The notes beneath the pieces were generated by a model. That model had not been told where the DNA came from. It worked only from the letters and a program-made list of their open reading frames with translations, and ran no database searches. Shown piece after piece: positions 29,497 through 40,241 of a stretch of 64,000 nucleotides of DNA (within the stretch, counting starts at the first letter, position 1; the number at the start of each line of letters is the position of its first letter). The stretch lies in sequence record SRR22947727_4435. One strand, written 5' to 3'. The translations under genes and the position numbers were made by a program.

Positions 29497-30363
29497 GTGA
29501 CCACGTTCGCTGACGGGGGGAAGTCGCTCGTCGGTTTCGTGCGGCAACTCACCTCCGCCGACCTGGGACCGCTGGAGTCGCTGCTGCGGTCTGATCCGGT
29601 CTCGAATTGCTTTCTGGATGCCCGGGTTCGGGGCGCCGGGCTCGACCCGTGGCGACTCGGTGGTGACATCTGGGGTTACCTGGACGACGACGCTCTGCAT
29701 TCGGTGGCGTACGTGGGGGCGAACCTCGTCCCGGTCGCAACCACGCCCGCGTCGCGGGCGGCGCTGGCCGATCGTTTGCGGATGAGCCCGCGTCGCTGCT
29801 CGTCTTTCGTGGGCGATCGAGAGGAAGTCCTCGACCTGTGGCGGTTGCTGGAGCCGGCGTGGGGTCCGGCTCGGGAAGTGCGCGATGACCAGCGGCTGCT
29901 GGTGATGGACACCGACGCGAACATCCCGCACGATCCGCACGTGCGGATGGCGACCCTTGCGGACATGGATGTTCTGTTGCCCGCGTGCGTGGACATGTTC
30001 ACCGAGGAAGTAGGCATCTCACCCGTGCGCGGGGGTGCCGGGAGCGCTTATCGCGACCGGGTCGCCGAGATCGTGCGCGCGGGACGATCGTTCGTCCGGA
30101 TCGTCGACGGGCGGATCGAGTTCAAGGCTGAAATCGGTGCGGCTACGCCGGATGCGTGTCAGGTGCAGGGGGTCTGGGTTGCTCCTGAGCTGCGCGGCCG
30201 GGGAATGTCCGTGCCCGCGATGGCGTCGGTTATCCGCCTGGCTCGCTCGGCCATCTCGCCCACGGTGTCGTTGTATGTGAATGCTTTCAACACACCCGCG
30301 ATGCGCAGCTACGCATCCGTCGGGTTTCGCCCCTACGGGCGCTTCGCCACCGTGTTGTTCTGA
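29497..30363 (+). CDS. GNAT acetyltransferase (actinobacterial family typically downstream of ispG)
   Basis: CSSFVG, MFTEEVG, QVQGVWV.PELRGRG, SLYVNAFN.PA..Y..VGF. Confidence 0.88.
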   Translation: MTTFADGGKSLVGFVRQLTSADLGPLESLLRSDPVSNCFLDARVRGAGLDPWRLGGDIWGYLDDDALHSVAYVGANLVPVATTPASRAALADRLRMSPRRCSSFVGDREEVLDLWRLLEPAWGPAREVRDDQRLLVMDTDANIPHDPHVRMATLADMDVLLPACVDMFTEEVGISPVRGGAGSAYRDRVAEIVRAGRSFVRIVDGRIEFKAEIGAATPDACQVQGVWVAPELRGRGMSVPAMASVIRLARSAISPTVSLYVNAFNTPAMRSYASVGFRPYGRFATVLF

Positions 30364-30402
30364 CAACTATCCTCAGGCGAAGTCTTCGGGAAGGACGCGC
30401 AC

Positions 30403-32172
30403 GTGATCTTGCGTATGTCGACGCTGCTGCTCCGCACGCTGCGCGATGACCCGGCCGATGCTGAAGTGCCCAGCCACCGATTGCTGGTGCGGGCCGGATA
30501 CGTCCGACGTGTCGCCCCCGGGGTGTTCTCCTGGCTGCCGTTGGGTTATCTCGCGTTCCGCAATGTCGAGCGGATCGTCCGGGAGGAGATGGACGACGCC
30601 GGCTTTCAGGAAGTGCATTTCCCCGCCCTGATACCCAAGGAGCCGTACGAGGTGACCGGCCGGTGGACCGAGTACGGGGACAACCTGTTCCGCTTGCAAG
30701 ACCGTCGTGGATCGGACTACCTACTCGGGCCCACGCACGAGGAACTGTTCACCCAGATGGTCAAAGGGGAGTACTCCTCCTACAAGGACCTTCCCCTGGT
30801 GATCTACCAAATTCAGACCAAGTACCGCGATGAAGCTCGCCCGCGCGCGGGGATTCTGCGCGGACGCGAGTTCGTGATGAAGGACTCGTACTCGTTCGAC
30901 GTCGACGACTCCGGTCTCGAACACTCCTATGGCAGGCACCGCGATGCCTACATTTCCACCTTCGACCGACTGGGCTTGACATACGTAATCGTCTCGGCGA
31001 TGTCCGGCGCGATGGGCGGCTCAGCGAGCGAGGAGTTTCTCGCGCCGACACCGGTCGGTGAGGACACGTTCGTGCGCTGCCCGGAGTGCGGTTTCGCGGC
31101 GAACGTGGAAGCCATCTCGGTACCAGTAGCGGTGGAACAGTCGGTCGCCGTCGGCGCCGCGCATGTGGAGAACACTCCCGATACGCCGACCATCGACACC
31201 CTCGTCGAAGTGTCCAACTCCCGCCCCGAGCTCGCGCGCAGCGACGGTGATTCCTGGCTCGCGTCGGACACACTCAAGAACGTCTTGGTGATGCGGGTGG
31301 ACGCCGATGGCAGTGAGCGACCGCTGGCGATCGGCGTGCCCGGAGACCGCGAGGTCGACGAGCGCCGACTCGAAGCGGCGGTCTACCCAGCGGAGATCCG
31401 CGCGTTCGAAGAGGACGACTTCGCGGCGAACCCTGCGCTGGTCAAGGGCTACATCGGCCCGGGCGCCCTCGGGACGGCAGGGTCCTCGGGAGTGGAGTAT
31501 CTGCTCGATCCGCGCATCGCTCAGGGGTCGGCGTGGATCACCGGCTCGAATGAGCCCGGTCGTCACGTCTACGACCTGGTGCACGGTCGAGATTTCGAGG
31601 CGGACGGCACCATCGACGTTGCGGAGGTTCGCGACGGTGACGCGTGTCCGCAGTGCCAGAGCCCGGTGGAGATCGCGCGCGGTATCGAGATCGGTCACAT
31701 CTTCCAGTTGGGCCGCAAGTACGCCGATGCACTCGGCCTGCAGGTGCAAGACGAGTCAGGAAAACTCGTCACGGTGACGATGGGCTCCTACGGCATCGGG
31801 GTGTCACGAGCCGTCGCCGCGATCGCCGAGCAGCACCACGACGACAAGGGCTTGATCTGGCCCCGCGAGGTCGCCCCCGCGGACCTGCACGTCATCGCCA
31901 CGGGCAAGGACGACGCCGTCTTCGACTTCGCCAACGAACTCGTCTCGAACCTGGATGCCCGCGATATTCGCGTGCTCTTCGATGACCGCCGCGGGGTGTC
32001 TCCGGGCGTGAAGTTCAACGACTCAGAGTTGATTGGCGTGCCGACGATCGTCGTGGTGGGTCGCGGGTGGGCCGACGGGGTGGTCGAAGTGAAGGATCGG
32101 GCGAGTGGTGAGCGCGAGGACGTCGACTCCGCGGTGATCGTCGACCATCTGGTGTCCCTCGTTCGGTCGTAG
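30403..32172 (+). CDS. proS: Prolyl-tRNA synthetase (with editing insertion)
   Basis: [50 protein letters not shown]. Confidence 0.98.
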   Translation: MILRMSTLLLRTLRDDPADAEVPSHRLLVRAGYVRRVAPGVFSWLPLGYLAFRNVERIVREEMDDAGFQEVHFPALIPKEPYEVTGRWTEYGDNLFRLQDRRGSDYLLGPTHEELFTQMVKGEYSSYKDLPLVIYQIQTKYRDEARPRAGILRGREFVMKDSYSFDVDDSGLEHSYGRHRDAYISTFDRLGLTYVIVSAMSGAMGGSASEEFLAPTPVGEDTFVRCPECGFAANVEAISVPVAVEQSVAVGAAHVENTPDTPTIDTLVEVSNSRPELARSDGDSWLASDTLKNVLVMRVDADGSERPLAIGVPGDREVDERRLEAAVYPAEIRAFEEDDFAANPALVKGYIGPGALGTAGSSGVEYLLDPRIAQGSAWITGSNEPGRHVYDLVHGRDFEADGTIDVAEVRDGDACPQCQSPVEIARGIEIGHIFQLGRKYADALGLQVQDESGKLVTVTMGSYGIGVSRAVAAIAEQHHDDKGLIWPREVAPADLHVIATGKDDAVFDFANELVSNLDARDIRVLFDDRRGVSPGVKFNDSELIGVPTIVVVGRGWADGVVEVKDRASGEREDVDSAVIVDHLVSLVRS

Positions 32173-32175
32173 GTC

Positions 32176-32934
32176 GTGGTCGATCTCGACATCCTGATCT
32201 GGCTGGCCCTCGCGGCGCTGGTCGCCGGATGGGTCGACGCCGTCGCCGGTGGCGGTGGGTTGCTCCAGGTGCCGGCCCTGCTGCTCGGGCTTCCGGGCCC
32301 CGGTGTTCAAGCGCTGGGAACCAACAAGGTGGCCAGCGTGTTCGGAACGGCAGCGGCGGCCGGCACTTACCTGCGCAAGGTCCGCCCGGACATGCGCGCC
32401 GCACTCCCGATGACGGTTCTGGCATTCATTGGCTCGCTGATCGGGGCGGCGACCGCGTCGAGCCTTCCGGAGGATGTTTTCCGGCCGGTCATCATCGCGC
32501 TGTTGGTGGCGGCCTGGATCTGGGTGGCGGTCAGCCCGGCCATGGGTTCGCAAGACCGCTTGCGCTTCGCCGGTCGACGTCATGCGGTCATCGCGGCGGC
32601 CGCCGGTGCGCTTATCGGCTTCTACGACGGACTTCTCGGGCCCGGTACCGGGTCCTTCTTGCTGATCGTGCTCGTCGGCCTGCTGGGCTACTCGTTTCTG
32701 TCGGCTTCGGTGACCGCGAAGATCGTCAATCTCGGGACCAACGTCGCCGCCATCATCGTCTTCGGCCTCGGTGGCTACATCTGGTGGCAAGTCGCCCTGG
32801 TGATGGCTGTCTTCAACGTGGTGGGCGCGGTCATCGGTGCCCGCATGGCGCTACGCCGGGGAAGCGGCTTCGTTCGCGTGGTGTTCTTGGTGATCGTCGC
32901 CGTATTGATCGTGCGGTTGATCGTCGGCTGGTAA
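32176..32934 (+). CDS. TSUP/TauE-SafE family membrane protein
   Basis: DAVAGGGGL, GTNK, GFYDGLLGPGTGSF, AKIVN. Confidence 0.92.
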   Translation: MVDLDILIWLALAALVAGWVDAVAGGGGLLQVPALLLGLPGPGVQALGTNKVASVFGTAAAAGTYLRKVRPDMRAALPMTVLAFIGSLIGAATASSLPEDVFRPVIIALLVAAWIWVAVSPAMGSQDRLRFAGRRHAVIAAAAGALIGFYDGLLGPGTGSFLLIVLVGLLGYSFLSASVTAKIVNLGTNVAAIIVFGLGGYIWWQVALVMAVFNVVGAVIGARMALRRGSGFVRVVFLVIVAVLIVRLIVGW

Positions 32935-33012
32935 GGCAGGCGGTTGCTGTGACGCGTTAAGGCGGTAAGGCGTGAACGCGTAAGTGCATTGGTGCGTTCT
33001 TGGGTCAGTGCG

Positions 33013-33423
33013 TTAGGTCGGGAAGGCCTGACTGGCGACGCCCCACCGCACGGCGTCGCGGGCCGAGGCCTGCGCCCAGGCGATCGCGGTGGCGCGATCG
33101 GCTCCCTCGGTCACCGATGCGACATCGGCGTAGACGCCCACAAGTGTGTTACTCAGCGCCGCAAGTGCCGAGCGCGCGGTCTTCGGATTCGTGATCGGCG
33201 ATTCGGGTGTGAACCCCGGCGGCGTGGCAGGCACGTCGGAAGGATCCACGAGCACGGCGTTGGCCTGCAGGCGCGCGCGGTGCTCGGCGAGTTGATTGAC
33301 GGCTCTGCGTCGCCCGGCTCCGCGAAGAAAGGCACCGGCGAGCCCAGCAGCGAAGACGTAGTTCTGTTCGGTTTGGATCGCGCGGGTAATGGCGGCGATG
33401 GCGTCGGGTTGGGTGTAGGTCAC
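33013..33423 (-). CDS. DUF4439/ferritin-like protein
   Basis: Helical, E..H motif, ends AVRWG....FP; usual position opposite rimP. Confidence 0.7.
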   Translation of the reverse strand: MTYTQPDAIAAITRAIQTEQNYVFAAGLAGAFLRGAGRRRAVNQLAEHRARLQANAVLVDPSDVPATPPGFTPESPITNPKTARSALAALSNTLVGVYADVASVTEGADRATAIAWAQASARDAVRWGVASQAFPT

Positions 33424-33956
33424 GACCGACTCACCCCCGAGCGAATGTCTCGAAGCTCGGGCACGTGCGAACTCTCCGACGCCGCGATGAACGTGAACGC
33501 CCGCACCTGCTCGGCGGATTCGGATTGTTCAGCGGTCTGTGCGCGCTGCTCGGCAGCCCGGCGTTCACGAGAAATCAGGTTGGTGATCGCCTCGCGGGCG
33601 TTAGTGGCCTTGGGCGGTATGGGTGCGAGGTCGGTGAAGTCGGCCTCGGTGGCACCGAGCTCACGTGCGTGGGCCCGGTGCTGATCGGTGATGCCCGCGA
33701 GGCTACCGCGGAGTTCGGGGTAGATGGCGAGGGTTCCCTCGTAGGCACCGACAAGTGCGAGCTCGTCAAGGAGGGCTTCGCTCTTTTCCACCGTCGGAGA
33801 CGGGTCTATGTCGACGGCCTCCGGTGGCGGTTCGTCGCTCCCGCACGCGGCGAGAGCCACGGCGGTAGCGCCGAGTACCGGAGCGGCGATCGCTCCCAGC
33901 AATACCCGCCGCCGCTCAAGAGGTCGCGCGCCGATCGGTCCGCCGGGAATCTCCAC
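33420..33956 (-). CDS. Hypothetical Tat-type lipoprotein (conserved partner of DUF4439)
   Basis: RRRVLL signal, LAAC lipobox, H..H, IAASESSH; start uncertain. Confidence 0.65.
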   Translation of the reverse strand: MEIPGGPIGARPLERRRVLLGAIAAPVLGATAVALAACGSDEPPPEAVDIDPSPTVEKSEALLDELALVGAYEGTLAIYPELRGSLAGITDQHRAHARELGATEADFTDLAPIPPKATNAREAITNLISRERRAAEQRAQTAEQSESAEQVRAFTFIAASESSHVPELRDIRSGVSRS

Positions 33957-34047
33957 CGCGCAAGGATCCCACGGCGTCGCCCGGACGGTTACACTCCTGA
34001 TCACAATCGCATCAACAACAGGATCGTGCCCGAGGGACGGAGGGGCC

Positions 34048-34512
34048 ATGGCTGTGTCCATCGACACAGTGCGGAACATTGCCGCACCGATCGTCTCTGC
34101 CGCGAAACTCGACCTCGAAGACGTCACCGTTGGTCGTGTCGGCCGTCGAGACAAGGTGTGTGTGATCGTCGACGCCGATGGTGGCGTCGACCTGGACCTG
34201 ATCGCGAAGGTCTCCGGGGATATCTCCACCGCGTTGGATAGTCAATCTCAGATCGAGGATGCACCGTTCGTTCTGGAAGTGACCAGTCCGGGAGTCGATC
34301 GCCCGCTGACCGAGGCACGGCACTGGCGTCGCGCCCGTGACCGCCTCGTCGTTATGGACATGAACGATGGCGGCACTGTCAAAGGTCGTGTGGTCTCCAG
34401 TGACGATTGGTCGGCGACCGTTGACGTGTCAGGTCAGATGCAACAGATCCCTTACGACGATGTGTCCAAGGCCGTCGTGGAAATCGAATTCGATCGCAAG
34501 AAGGACACCTGA
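34048..34512 (+). CDS. rimP: Ribosome maturation factor RimP
   Basis: [34 protein letters not shown]. Confidence 0.95.
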   Translation: MAVSIDTVRNIAAPIVSAAKLDLEDVTVGRVGRRDKVCVIVDADGGVDLDLIAKVSGDISTALDSQSQIEDAPFVLEVTSPGVDRPLTEARHWRRARDRLVVMDMNDGGTVKGRVVSSDDWSATVDVSGQMQQIPYDDVSKAVVEIEFDRKKDT

Positions 34513-35534
34513 TGGATATCGACGTCACAGCATTGAAGAGCCTGGTCCGCGAGAAGAACCTCTCGCTGGACCTGGTGGTGGAGACCATCGAAGCGGCACT
34601 GCTGGTTGCCTATCAGCGAACCGACGGGTCGGCCGAGACCGCGCGCGTCCAACTCGACCGCAAGTCCGGCCACGTGATCGTATGGGCGAGTGAGGTCAAC
34701 GACGAGGGTGAGGTGATCGGAGAATTCGATGACACCCCCGAAGGCTTCGGGCGCATCGCCGCCGCAACCGCTCGGCAGGTGCTGTTGTCCCGACTGCGCG
34801 AAGCCGAGGGTGAGGCCACCATGACCGAGTTCAGCGGGAGAGAAGGCGACCTGGTCTCTGGGGTTATTCAGCAAACGACCAACCCGCGGATGATCCGCGT
34901 GGATCTGGGGAAGCTCGAAGTGAATCTGCCACCGGAGGAACAAGCCCCCGGGGAGACCTACGAGCACGGTGCGCGCATCAAGGCACTGGTGACGGGTGTG
35001 CGCAGGGGCTTCAAAGGTCCGATCGTCACCGTGTCGCGAACACACCCGAACCTGGTGCGGGCGCTGTTCGCACTCGAGGTGCCCGAGATTGCGGATGGAA
35101 CCGTCGAGATCACGGCCATCGCTCGAGAGGCCGGGCATCGCAGCAAGATCGCTGTTCGCTCCAATGCCGCGGATGTCAACGGCAAGGGATCGTGCATCGG
35201 GCCACAGGGACAACGCGTTCGACACGTGATGACCGAGTTGAGTGGGGAGAAGATCGACATCGTCGATCACAGCGACGACCCCGCCGAGATGATCGCCCAC
35301 GCCCTCTCACCCGCGCGGGTCACCTCGGTCGAGATCGTGGACGCCAACGTCAAGGCGGCGCGAGTTCTCGTTCCGGACTATCAACTTTCCCTTGCGATCG
35401 GGCGTGAAGGTCAAAACGCTCGGCTGGCGGCGCGACTGACCGGATGGCGGATCGACATTCGCCCCGACGGTGGCCCCGGAGCGGATCCGGCCGGGGTTCG
35501 GGAAGATCCAGCTGCGGCCTCCGGGGGCGAATAG
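34512..35534 (+). CDS. nusA: Transcription factor NusA
   Basis: FGRIAA..ARQ, S1, [26 protein letters not shown]. Confidence 0.98.
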   Translation: MDIDVTALKSLVREKNLSLDLVVETIEAALLVAYQRTDGSAETARVQLDRKSGHVIVWASEVNDEGEVIGEFDDTPEGFGRIAAATARQVLLSRLREAEGEATMTEFSGREGDLVSGVIQQTTNPRMIRVDLGKLEVNLPPEEQAPGETYEHGARIKALVTGVRRGFKGPIVTVSRTHPNLVRALFALEVPEIADGTVEITAIAREAGHRSKIAVRSNAADVNGKGSCIGPQGQRVRHVMTELSGEKIDIVDHSDDPAEMIAHALSPARVTSVEIVDANVKAARVLVPDYQLSLAIGREGQNARLAARLTGWRIDIRPDGGPGADPAGVREDPAAASGGE

Positions 35535-35536
35535 AC

Positions 35537-35821
35537 GTGGCGGGTTCGCCGCCAGAACCCAGCCGGCAGTGCATCGGGTGCCGAAGCCGAGCACCCCGGT
35601 CCTCGTTGGTCCGGCTGGTGGCCGATGACGGAGCCCCGGGCGGGTGCCGAGTGGATAGTAGGCGAAATCAGCCCGGGCGTGGGGCACACATCCACCCCCG
35701 GGAGGAGTGCATCGAGGAGGCGACGAAGCGTCGGGCGCTCCCGCGTGCCTTACGGGCCCTTCCCGGCTCAACTGTCGACATCTCGAAGGTGCATGCCGAG
35801 ATCCTCGGGACGAGGCTGTAG
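35537..35821 (+). CDS. ylxR: YlxR family RNA-binding protein
   Basis: PSRQCIGCR, LVRLV, PGRGAHIHP..C; lies between nusA and infB. Confidence 0.88.
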   Translation: MAGSPPEPSRQCIGCRSRAPRSSLVRLVADDGAPGGCRVDSRRNQPGRGAHIHPREECIEEATKRRALPRALRALPGSTVDISKVHAEILGTRL

Positions 35822-35873
35822 ATTCCTCCTCTGACAGCACCGTTGACGACGTCCACGAAGGAGTGGCTCGGAG

Positions 35874-35922
35874 ATGAACACCCAATGAGCACGCGAGCAT
35901 GAAGATGCAGCGTTCGATCTAG
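35874..35922 (+). other. Chain of three start/stop-overlapping micro-ORFs in the infB leader
   Basis: MNTQ* 35874-35888, MSTRA* 35885-35902, MKMQRSI* 35899-35922, each joined by ATGA; SD GAAGGAG at 35857-35863. Confidence 0.6.
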
Positions 35923-35958
35923 TCGTCCGGGTTACGCCCGGACCAAGACAGGAGAATC

Positions 35959-38733
35959 GTGTCCAAGGTTCGGGTCTATGAGCTCGCTCGAGAGCTCGGA
36001 GTCGAGAGCAAAGAAGTCCTTGCGAAATTGCAAGAGATGGGCGAATTCGTCCGCTCCGCCTCATCTACCATCGAGCCGCCGGTCGCCCGGCGCTTGATCG
36101 ATGCGATGCCTGCCGCCCCCGAGGGTGCGGCGGCCAAGAAGACCACCAAGAAGGCAGCGAAGAAAACTACCAAGAAGACGACCGCGGCAGCTGAAGAGTC
36201 TGAACCGTCGTCCGCAACCGAGGCTGCCGCCGAGGCACCGTCGGCCGGTGAAGCGCCAGCCCCTGCCGCACCGCCAGCTGCCACACCGCCCGCGGCGCCA
36301 GCTGCCACACCGCCCGAGACGCCACCGGCAAGTACGCCGGCAGCGCCCGCTGCGGGAGCAAAGCCGGCCCCACGTCCAGGAAACAATCCCTTCGGCACCA
36401 GCGGCACCTCTGCTCGACCGGGAGGGCCGCGTCCCGGTAACAACCCATACAGCTCTGGTTCGGGCATGGGTCGAGCGCCAGGCGTTCCCGGCGCGCCGCG
36501 CCCTAACCCATCGACGATGCCCAACCGTCCCACTCGCCCTGCAGGTCCTGGCGGCCCCGGTGGTCCTGGCGGCCCCGGTGGCCCGCGAGGGCGTGGTGGC
36601 CCTGGTGGCCCTGGTGGCCCTGGTGGTCCCGGCGGTCCCGGCGGCCCTGGCCGTGGTGGCTCCGGCGGCGGGCGTGACGATTTTCGAGGCCGTGGTGGTC
36701 CGGGCGGTCCTGGCGGTCCTGGTGGCCCTGGTGGTCCCGGTGGCCCTGGTGGTCCCGGCGGTCCTGGCGGGCGCGGTGGGTTCCGTACCGGTGGGCGTGG
36801 AAACACCGCCGGCGCTTTCGGCAAGCCGGGCGGTCGGCCGTCTCGAGGTCGAAAATCCAAGCGCGCCAAGCGTCAAGAGTTCGACAACATGGAAGCTCCG
36901 ACACTCGGCGGGGTGCGGCTGCCGCGGGGTACCGGTGAGACGGTCCGGCTCCCGCGCGGTGCGTCCCTGACCGATTTCGCTGAGAAGATCGACGCGTCAC
37001 CGGCTGATCTGGTCAAGGTCCTCATCGGTCTCGGCGAGATGGTGACCGCGACACAGTCGATCGACGATGACACCTTGAAGCTGTTGGGCACCGAGTTGAA
37101 TTTCGATGTTCAGGTCGTTTCGCCCGAGGACGAAGACCGCGAACTCCTAGAGTCCTTCGACCTCGACTTCGGAGAGGACGAGGGCGAGGCTGGCGATCTC
37201 GAGGCGCGATCGCCCGTGGTGACCGTGATGGGTCACGTCGACCACGGTAAGACCAAACTCCTCGACGCGATCCGCAAAACCAACGTGGTCAGCGGTGAAG
37301 CTGGGGGCATCACGCAGCACATCGGCGCGTACCAGGCGGTGGCGCACACCCCCGATGGCGAACGCACGTTGACGATCATCGACACACCGGGTCACGAGGC
37401 CTTCACGGCCATGCGTGCGCGAGGTGCCGAGGTGACAGACATCGCGGTCCTGGTTGTCGCTGCGGATGACGGAGTCAAGCCGCAGACCATCGAGGCCTTG
37501 AACCACGCCCAGGCGGCGCAGGTGCCGATCGTGGTGGCCGTGAACAAGGTTGACAAGGAAGGCGCTGACCCCACGAAGGTGCGCAGCCAGTTGACCGAAT
37601 ACGGGCTTGTTGCCGAGGACTTCGGCGGCGACACGATGTTCGTGGATGTCTCTGCGTTGCAGGGTATGGGAATCGAACCGCTCCTCGAAGCGGTGCTGCT
37701 GACCGCCGACGCGGCGTTGGAACTGCAGGCGAACCCCCATCAGAACGCCCAGGGTGTGGCGATCGAAGCGCACCTGGACCGCGGCCGTGGTCCGGTGGCC
37801 ACCGTTTTGGTCCAGCGCGGGACTCTGCGTCAGGGAGACTCGATCGTGGCGGGTGACGCGTTCGGTCGCGTTCGCGCGATGTTGGACGATGCCGGCAACG
37901 CCGTCGAGGAAGCTGGGCCCTCCGCGCCCGTCCAGGTTCTGGGCTTGACGTCGGTTCCCGGCGCGGGTGACTCGTTCCTGGTTGTGGAAGAGGACCGAAC
38001 GGCGCGCCATATCGCGCAAACGCGGCAGGCCCGGGAGCGGAACGCTCAACTGGCGAAGAGCCGTGTCAAGCGTTCGCTCGAGGACTTCCTGGAGTCCTTG
38101 GAGAAGGGAGAGGTGCAAGAACTCACCCTCATCATCAAGGGCGACGTGTCCGGATCGGTGGAGGCCCTCGAGGATGCGTTGATGAAGATCGACGTGGGCG
38201 AGGACGTCAATCTTCGGGTGATCCATCGAGGTGTCGGTGCGATCACGAAGAACGACGTGACGCTGGCGAGCGCATCCCAAGCGATCATCCTCGGTTTCAA
38301 CGTTCGACCCGAAGGAAAGGTCGCCGAGTTCGCGTCGACTGAAGGCGTCGACGTCCGGTACTACAGCGTGATCTACCAGGCGATCGACGAGATCGAGGCG
38401 GCACTGAAGGGCATGCTGAAGCCGGAGTTCGAGGAAGCACAACTCGGAACGGCAGAAGTGCGCGAGGTCTTCAAGTCCTCGAAGTTCGGCACGATCGCCG
38501 GTTGCCTCGTGCAATCCGGCGAGGTCAAGCGCAACGCGAAAGCTCGACTCATCCGTGACGGCGCTGTGGTGACAGACAACCTGTCCATCGCGGGCCTTCG
38601 GCGCTTCAAGGACGACGTCACCGAGGTGCGCGAGGGCTTCGAGTGCGGCATCAACCTCGGCTCATACCAGGACGTCAAGGTGGACGACGTCATCGAGACG
38701 TTCGAGATGCGAGAGAAGAAACGTCCGGCCTAA
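35959..38733 (+). CDS. infB: Translation initiation factor IF-2
   Basis: [47 protein letters not shown]. Confidence 0.99.
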   Translation: MSKVRVYELARELGVESKEVLAKLQEMGEFVRSASSTIEPPVARRLIDAMPAAPEGAAAKKTTKKAAKKTTKKTTAAAEESEPSSATEAAAEAPSAGEAPAPAAPPAATPPAAPAATPPETPPASTPAAPAAGAKPAPRPGNNPFGTSGTSARPGGPRPGNNPYSSGSGMGRAPGVPGAPRPNPSTMPNRPTRPAGPGGPGGPGGPGGPRGRGGPGGPGGPGGPGGPGGPGRGGSGGGRDDFRGRGGPGGPGGPGGPGGPGGPGGPGGPGGRGGFRTGGRGNTAGAFGKPGGRPSRGRKSKRAKRQEFDNMEAPTLGGVRLPRGTGETVRLPRGASLTDFAEKIDASPADLVKVLIGLGEMVTATQSIDDDTLKLLGTELNFDVQVVSPEDEDRELLESFDLDFGEDEGEAGDLEARSPVVTVMGHVDHGKTKLLDAIRKTNVVSGEAGGITQHIGAYQAVAHTPDGERTLTIIDTPGHEAFTAMRARGAEVTDIAVLVVAADDGVKPQTIEALNHAQAAQVPIVVAVNKVDKEGADPTKVRSQLTEYGLVAEDFGGDTMFVDVSALQGMGIEPLLEAVLLTADAALELQANPHQNAQGVAIEAHLDRGRGPVATVLVQRGTLRQGDSIVAGDAFGRVRAMLDDAGNAVEEAGPSAPVQVLGLTSVPGAGDSFLVVEEDRTARHIAQTRQARERNAQLAKSRVKRSLEDFLESLEKGEVQELTLIIKGDVSGSVEALEDALMKIDVGEDVNLRVIHRGVGAITKNDVTLASASQAIILGFNVRPEGKVAEFASTEGVDVRYYSVIYQAIDEIEAALKGMLKPEFEEAQLGTAEVREVFKSSKFGTIAGCLVQSGEVKRNAKARLIRDGAVVTDNLSIAGLRRFKDDVTEVREGFECGINLGSYQDVKVDDVIETFEMREKKRPA
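36544..36768 (+). repeat. 9-bp coding tandem repeats encoding (GPG)n in three blocks separated by RG-rich spacers
   Basis: GGY-CCN-GGY units; 5, 6 and 8 Pro-containing units. Confidence 0.9.
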
Positions 38734-38788
38734 TCAGCCCATCGAATGCATCGCGTAGTGACACGGCACGAAAGGTCAGGAGAAGGAC

Positions 38789-39223
38789 ATGGCGAATGTT
38801 GCACGGCAACGTCGACTGGCCGACCGGATCCGACACATCGTGGCCGACATGCTCGAACTGCGAATCAAGGATCCGCGGCTGGGGTTCGTCACGATTACCG
38901 ATGTTCGGGTGACGCCTGATCTTCGGGAAGCCTCGATCTTCTACACGGTCTACGGCGACGTAGAAGAGCAGGAAGAAAGCGCGCGAGCCCTGGCCTCTGC
39001 CACCGGCGTTATTCGAAGCGAAGTGGGTAAGCAAACCGGCATCAAGTTCACGCCGTCGCTGGAGTTCATTCCGGACGCAGTTCCGGAGAACGCCCGACAC
39101 GTGGAAGACCTGCTCGCCCAAGCGGCCGAGGCGGACGCCCAGGTCCACGAGCAGGCAGTGGGCGCCACCTATGCGGGGGAGGCCGACCCGTACCGGCATC
39201 CCCGAGAAGACGGCGACGAGTAG
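38789..39223 (+). CDS. rbfA: Ribosome-binding factor A
   Basis: IKDPRLGFVTITDVRVT.DL, FTPSLEF..D. Confidence 0.97.
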   Translation: MANVARQRRLADRIRHIVADMLELRIKDPRLGFVTITDVRVTPDLREASIFYTVYGDVEEQEESARALASATGVIRSEVGKQTGIKFTPSLEFIPDAVPENARHVEDLLAQAAEADAQVHEQAVGATYAGEADPYRHPREDGDE

Positions 39224-39233
39224 CGGACGACAC

Positions 39234-40241
39234 GTGGGGCGAGGATCACGTCGTTCGAAGGACGATCCGTCCGTCGCGGGCGTGCTGTGTGTGGACAAGC
39301 CGTCTGGGCTGACCAGCCACGATGTTGTCGATCGAGTTCGACGACGTCTCGGCGTGCGGCGCGTCGGTCACGCCGGGACCCTCGACCCGATGGCCACCGG
39401 AGTCCTCATCATTGGCGTGGGGTCCACTACTCGGTTGTTGGGGATCATCACAGGGCACGACAAGGAATACACGGCAACTATCCGACTGGGTGCATCGACA
39501 ACGACCGACGATCGAGAAGGAGACGTGATCGCGGAGGCGACCACTGGGGACATCCAGCATGTCACCGACGCGTCTATCACCGAAGCCGTCACACACTTCA
39601 CGGGTGCCCTGGAGCAGCGACCGAGTGCGGTGAGCGCGGTCAAGGTGGACGGCAAACGCGCGTATCAGCGGGTGCGGGATGGGGAAGAGGTCGAACTTCC
39701 GGCCAGGGCCGTCACCGTCGAGGAGTTCACGATCCTCGATATTCGTCGCGGCGAAGCTGCTACCGACGCTGCTTCCGACGGTGCTCGTTACACAGCGATC
39801 GATGTCGATGTGCGCGTTCGATGCTCGGCTGGAACCTACATCCGCTCACTCGCCCGCGATGTCGGCGAAGAACTTCGTGTGGGCGGTCACCTCACCGCAC
39901 TGCGACGAACGCGGTCGGGGACAGTCGACGTTACCGAGTGCGTCGACCTCGACGGCGCTGATCTCGAGCACTTGACCGCGCCGGGGGTATTCACGCGGCG
40001 GCACCTGCCGGCGGTGGATCTCATCGATGAGCACGTTGTCCGCGTCCGGAACGGCGTGCGCGTAGGTATCGACGTGCCCGAGGCATCGACGGTCGCGCTC
40101 ATCGGCCCGGGGGAGGACCTCGTGGCTGTTGTGGACGGGACGGCCAGCGGTGATCAGTACTCCATCACCGCGGTGTTTCCGGCTATCCCGCCTCGGGCTG
40201 TGGAGACGACGTCAGAGTCTCGCGGGGCAGACCACGAGTGA
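39234..40241 (+). CDS. truB: tRNA pseudouridine(55) synthase
   Basis: DKPSGLTSHD, GHAGTLDPMATG, SAVKVDGKRAY, CSAGTYIRSLARD; start approximate. Confidence 0.95.
   Translation: MGRGSRRSKDDPSVAGVLCVDKPSGLTSHDVVDRVRRRLGVRRVGHAGTLDPMATGVLIIGVGSTTRLLGIITGHDKEYTATIRLGASTTTDDREGDVIAEATTGDIQHVTDASITEAVTHFTGALEQRPSAVSAVKVDGKRAYQRVRDGEEVELPARAVTVEEFTILDIRRGEAATDAASDGARYTAIDVDVRVRCSAGTYIRSLARDVGEELRVGGHLTALRRTRSGTVDVTECVDLDGADLEHLTAPGVFTRRHLPAVDLIDEHVVRVRNGVRVGIDVPEASTVALIGPGEDLVAVVDGTASGDQYSITAVFPAIPPRAVETTSESRGADHE

Noticed and set aside
32935-33012. Short degenerate GCGT(T)AAG-like repeats between convergent genes
   Set aside because: Low-complexity and irregular; no stable stem or repeat-spacer structure.
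35976-36869. Collagen-like (GPP)n ORF on the minus strand
   Set aside because: It is the antisense mirror of the IF2 (GPG)n repeats, lies wholly inside infB, and has no signal peptide.
38734-38788. Absence of a DUF503 gene between infB and rbfA
   Set aside because: Patchy presence of this gene is ordinary, and no remnant is visible.
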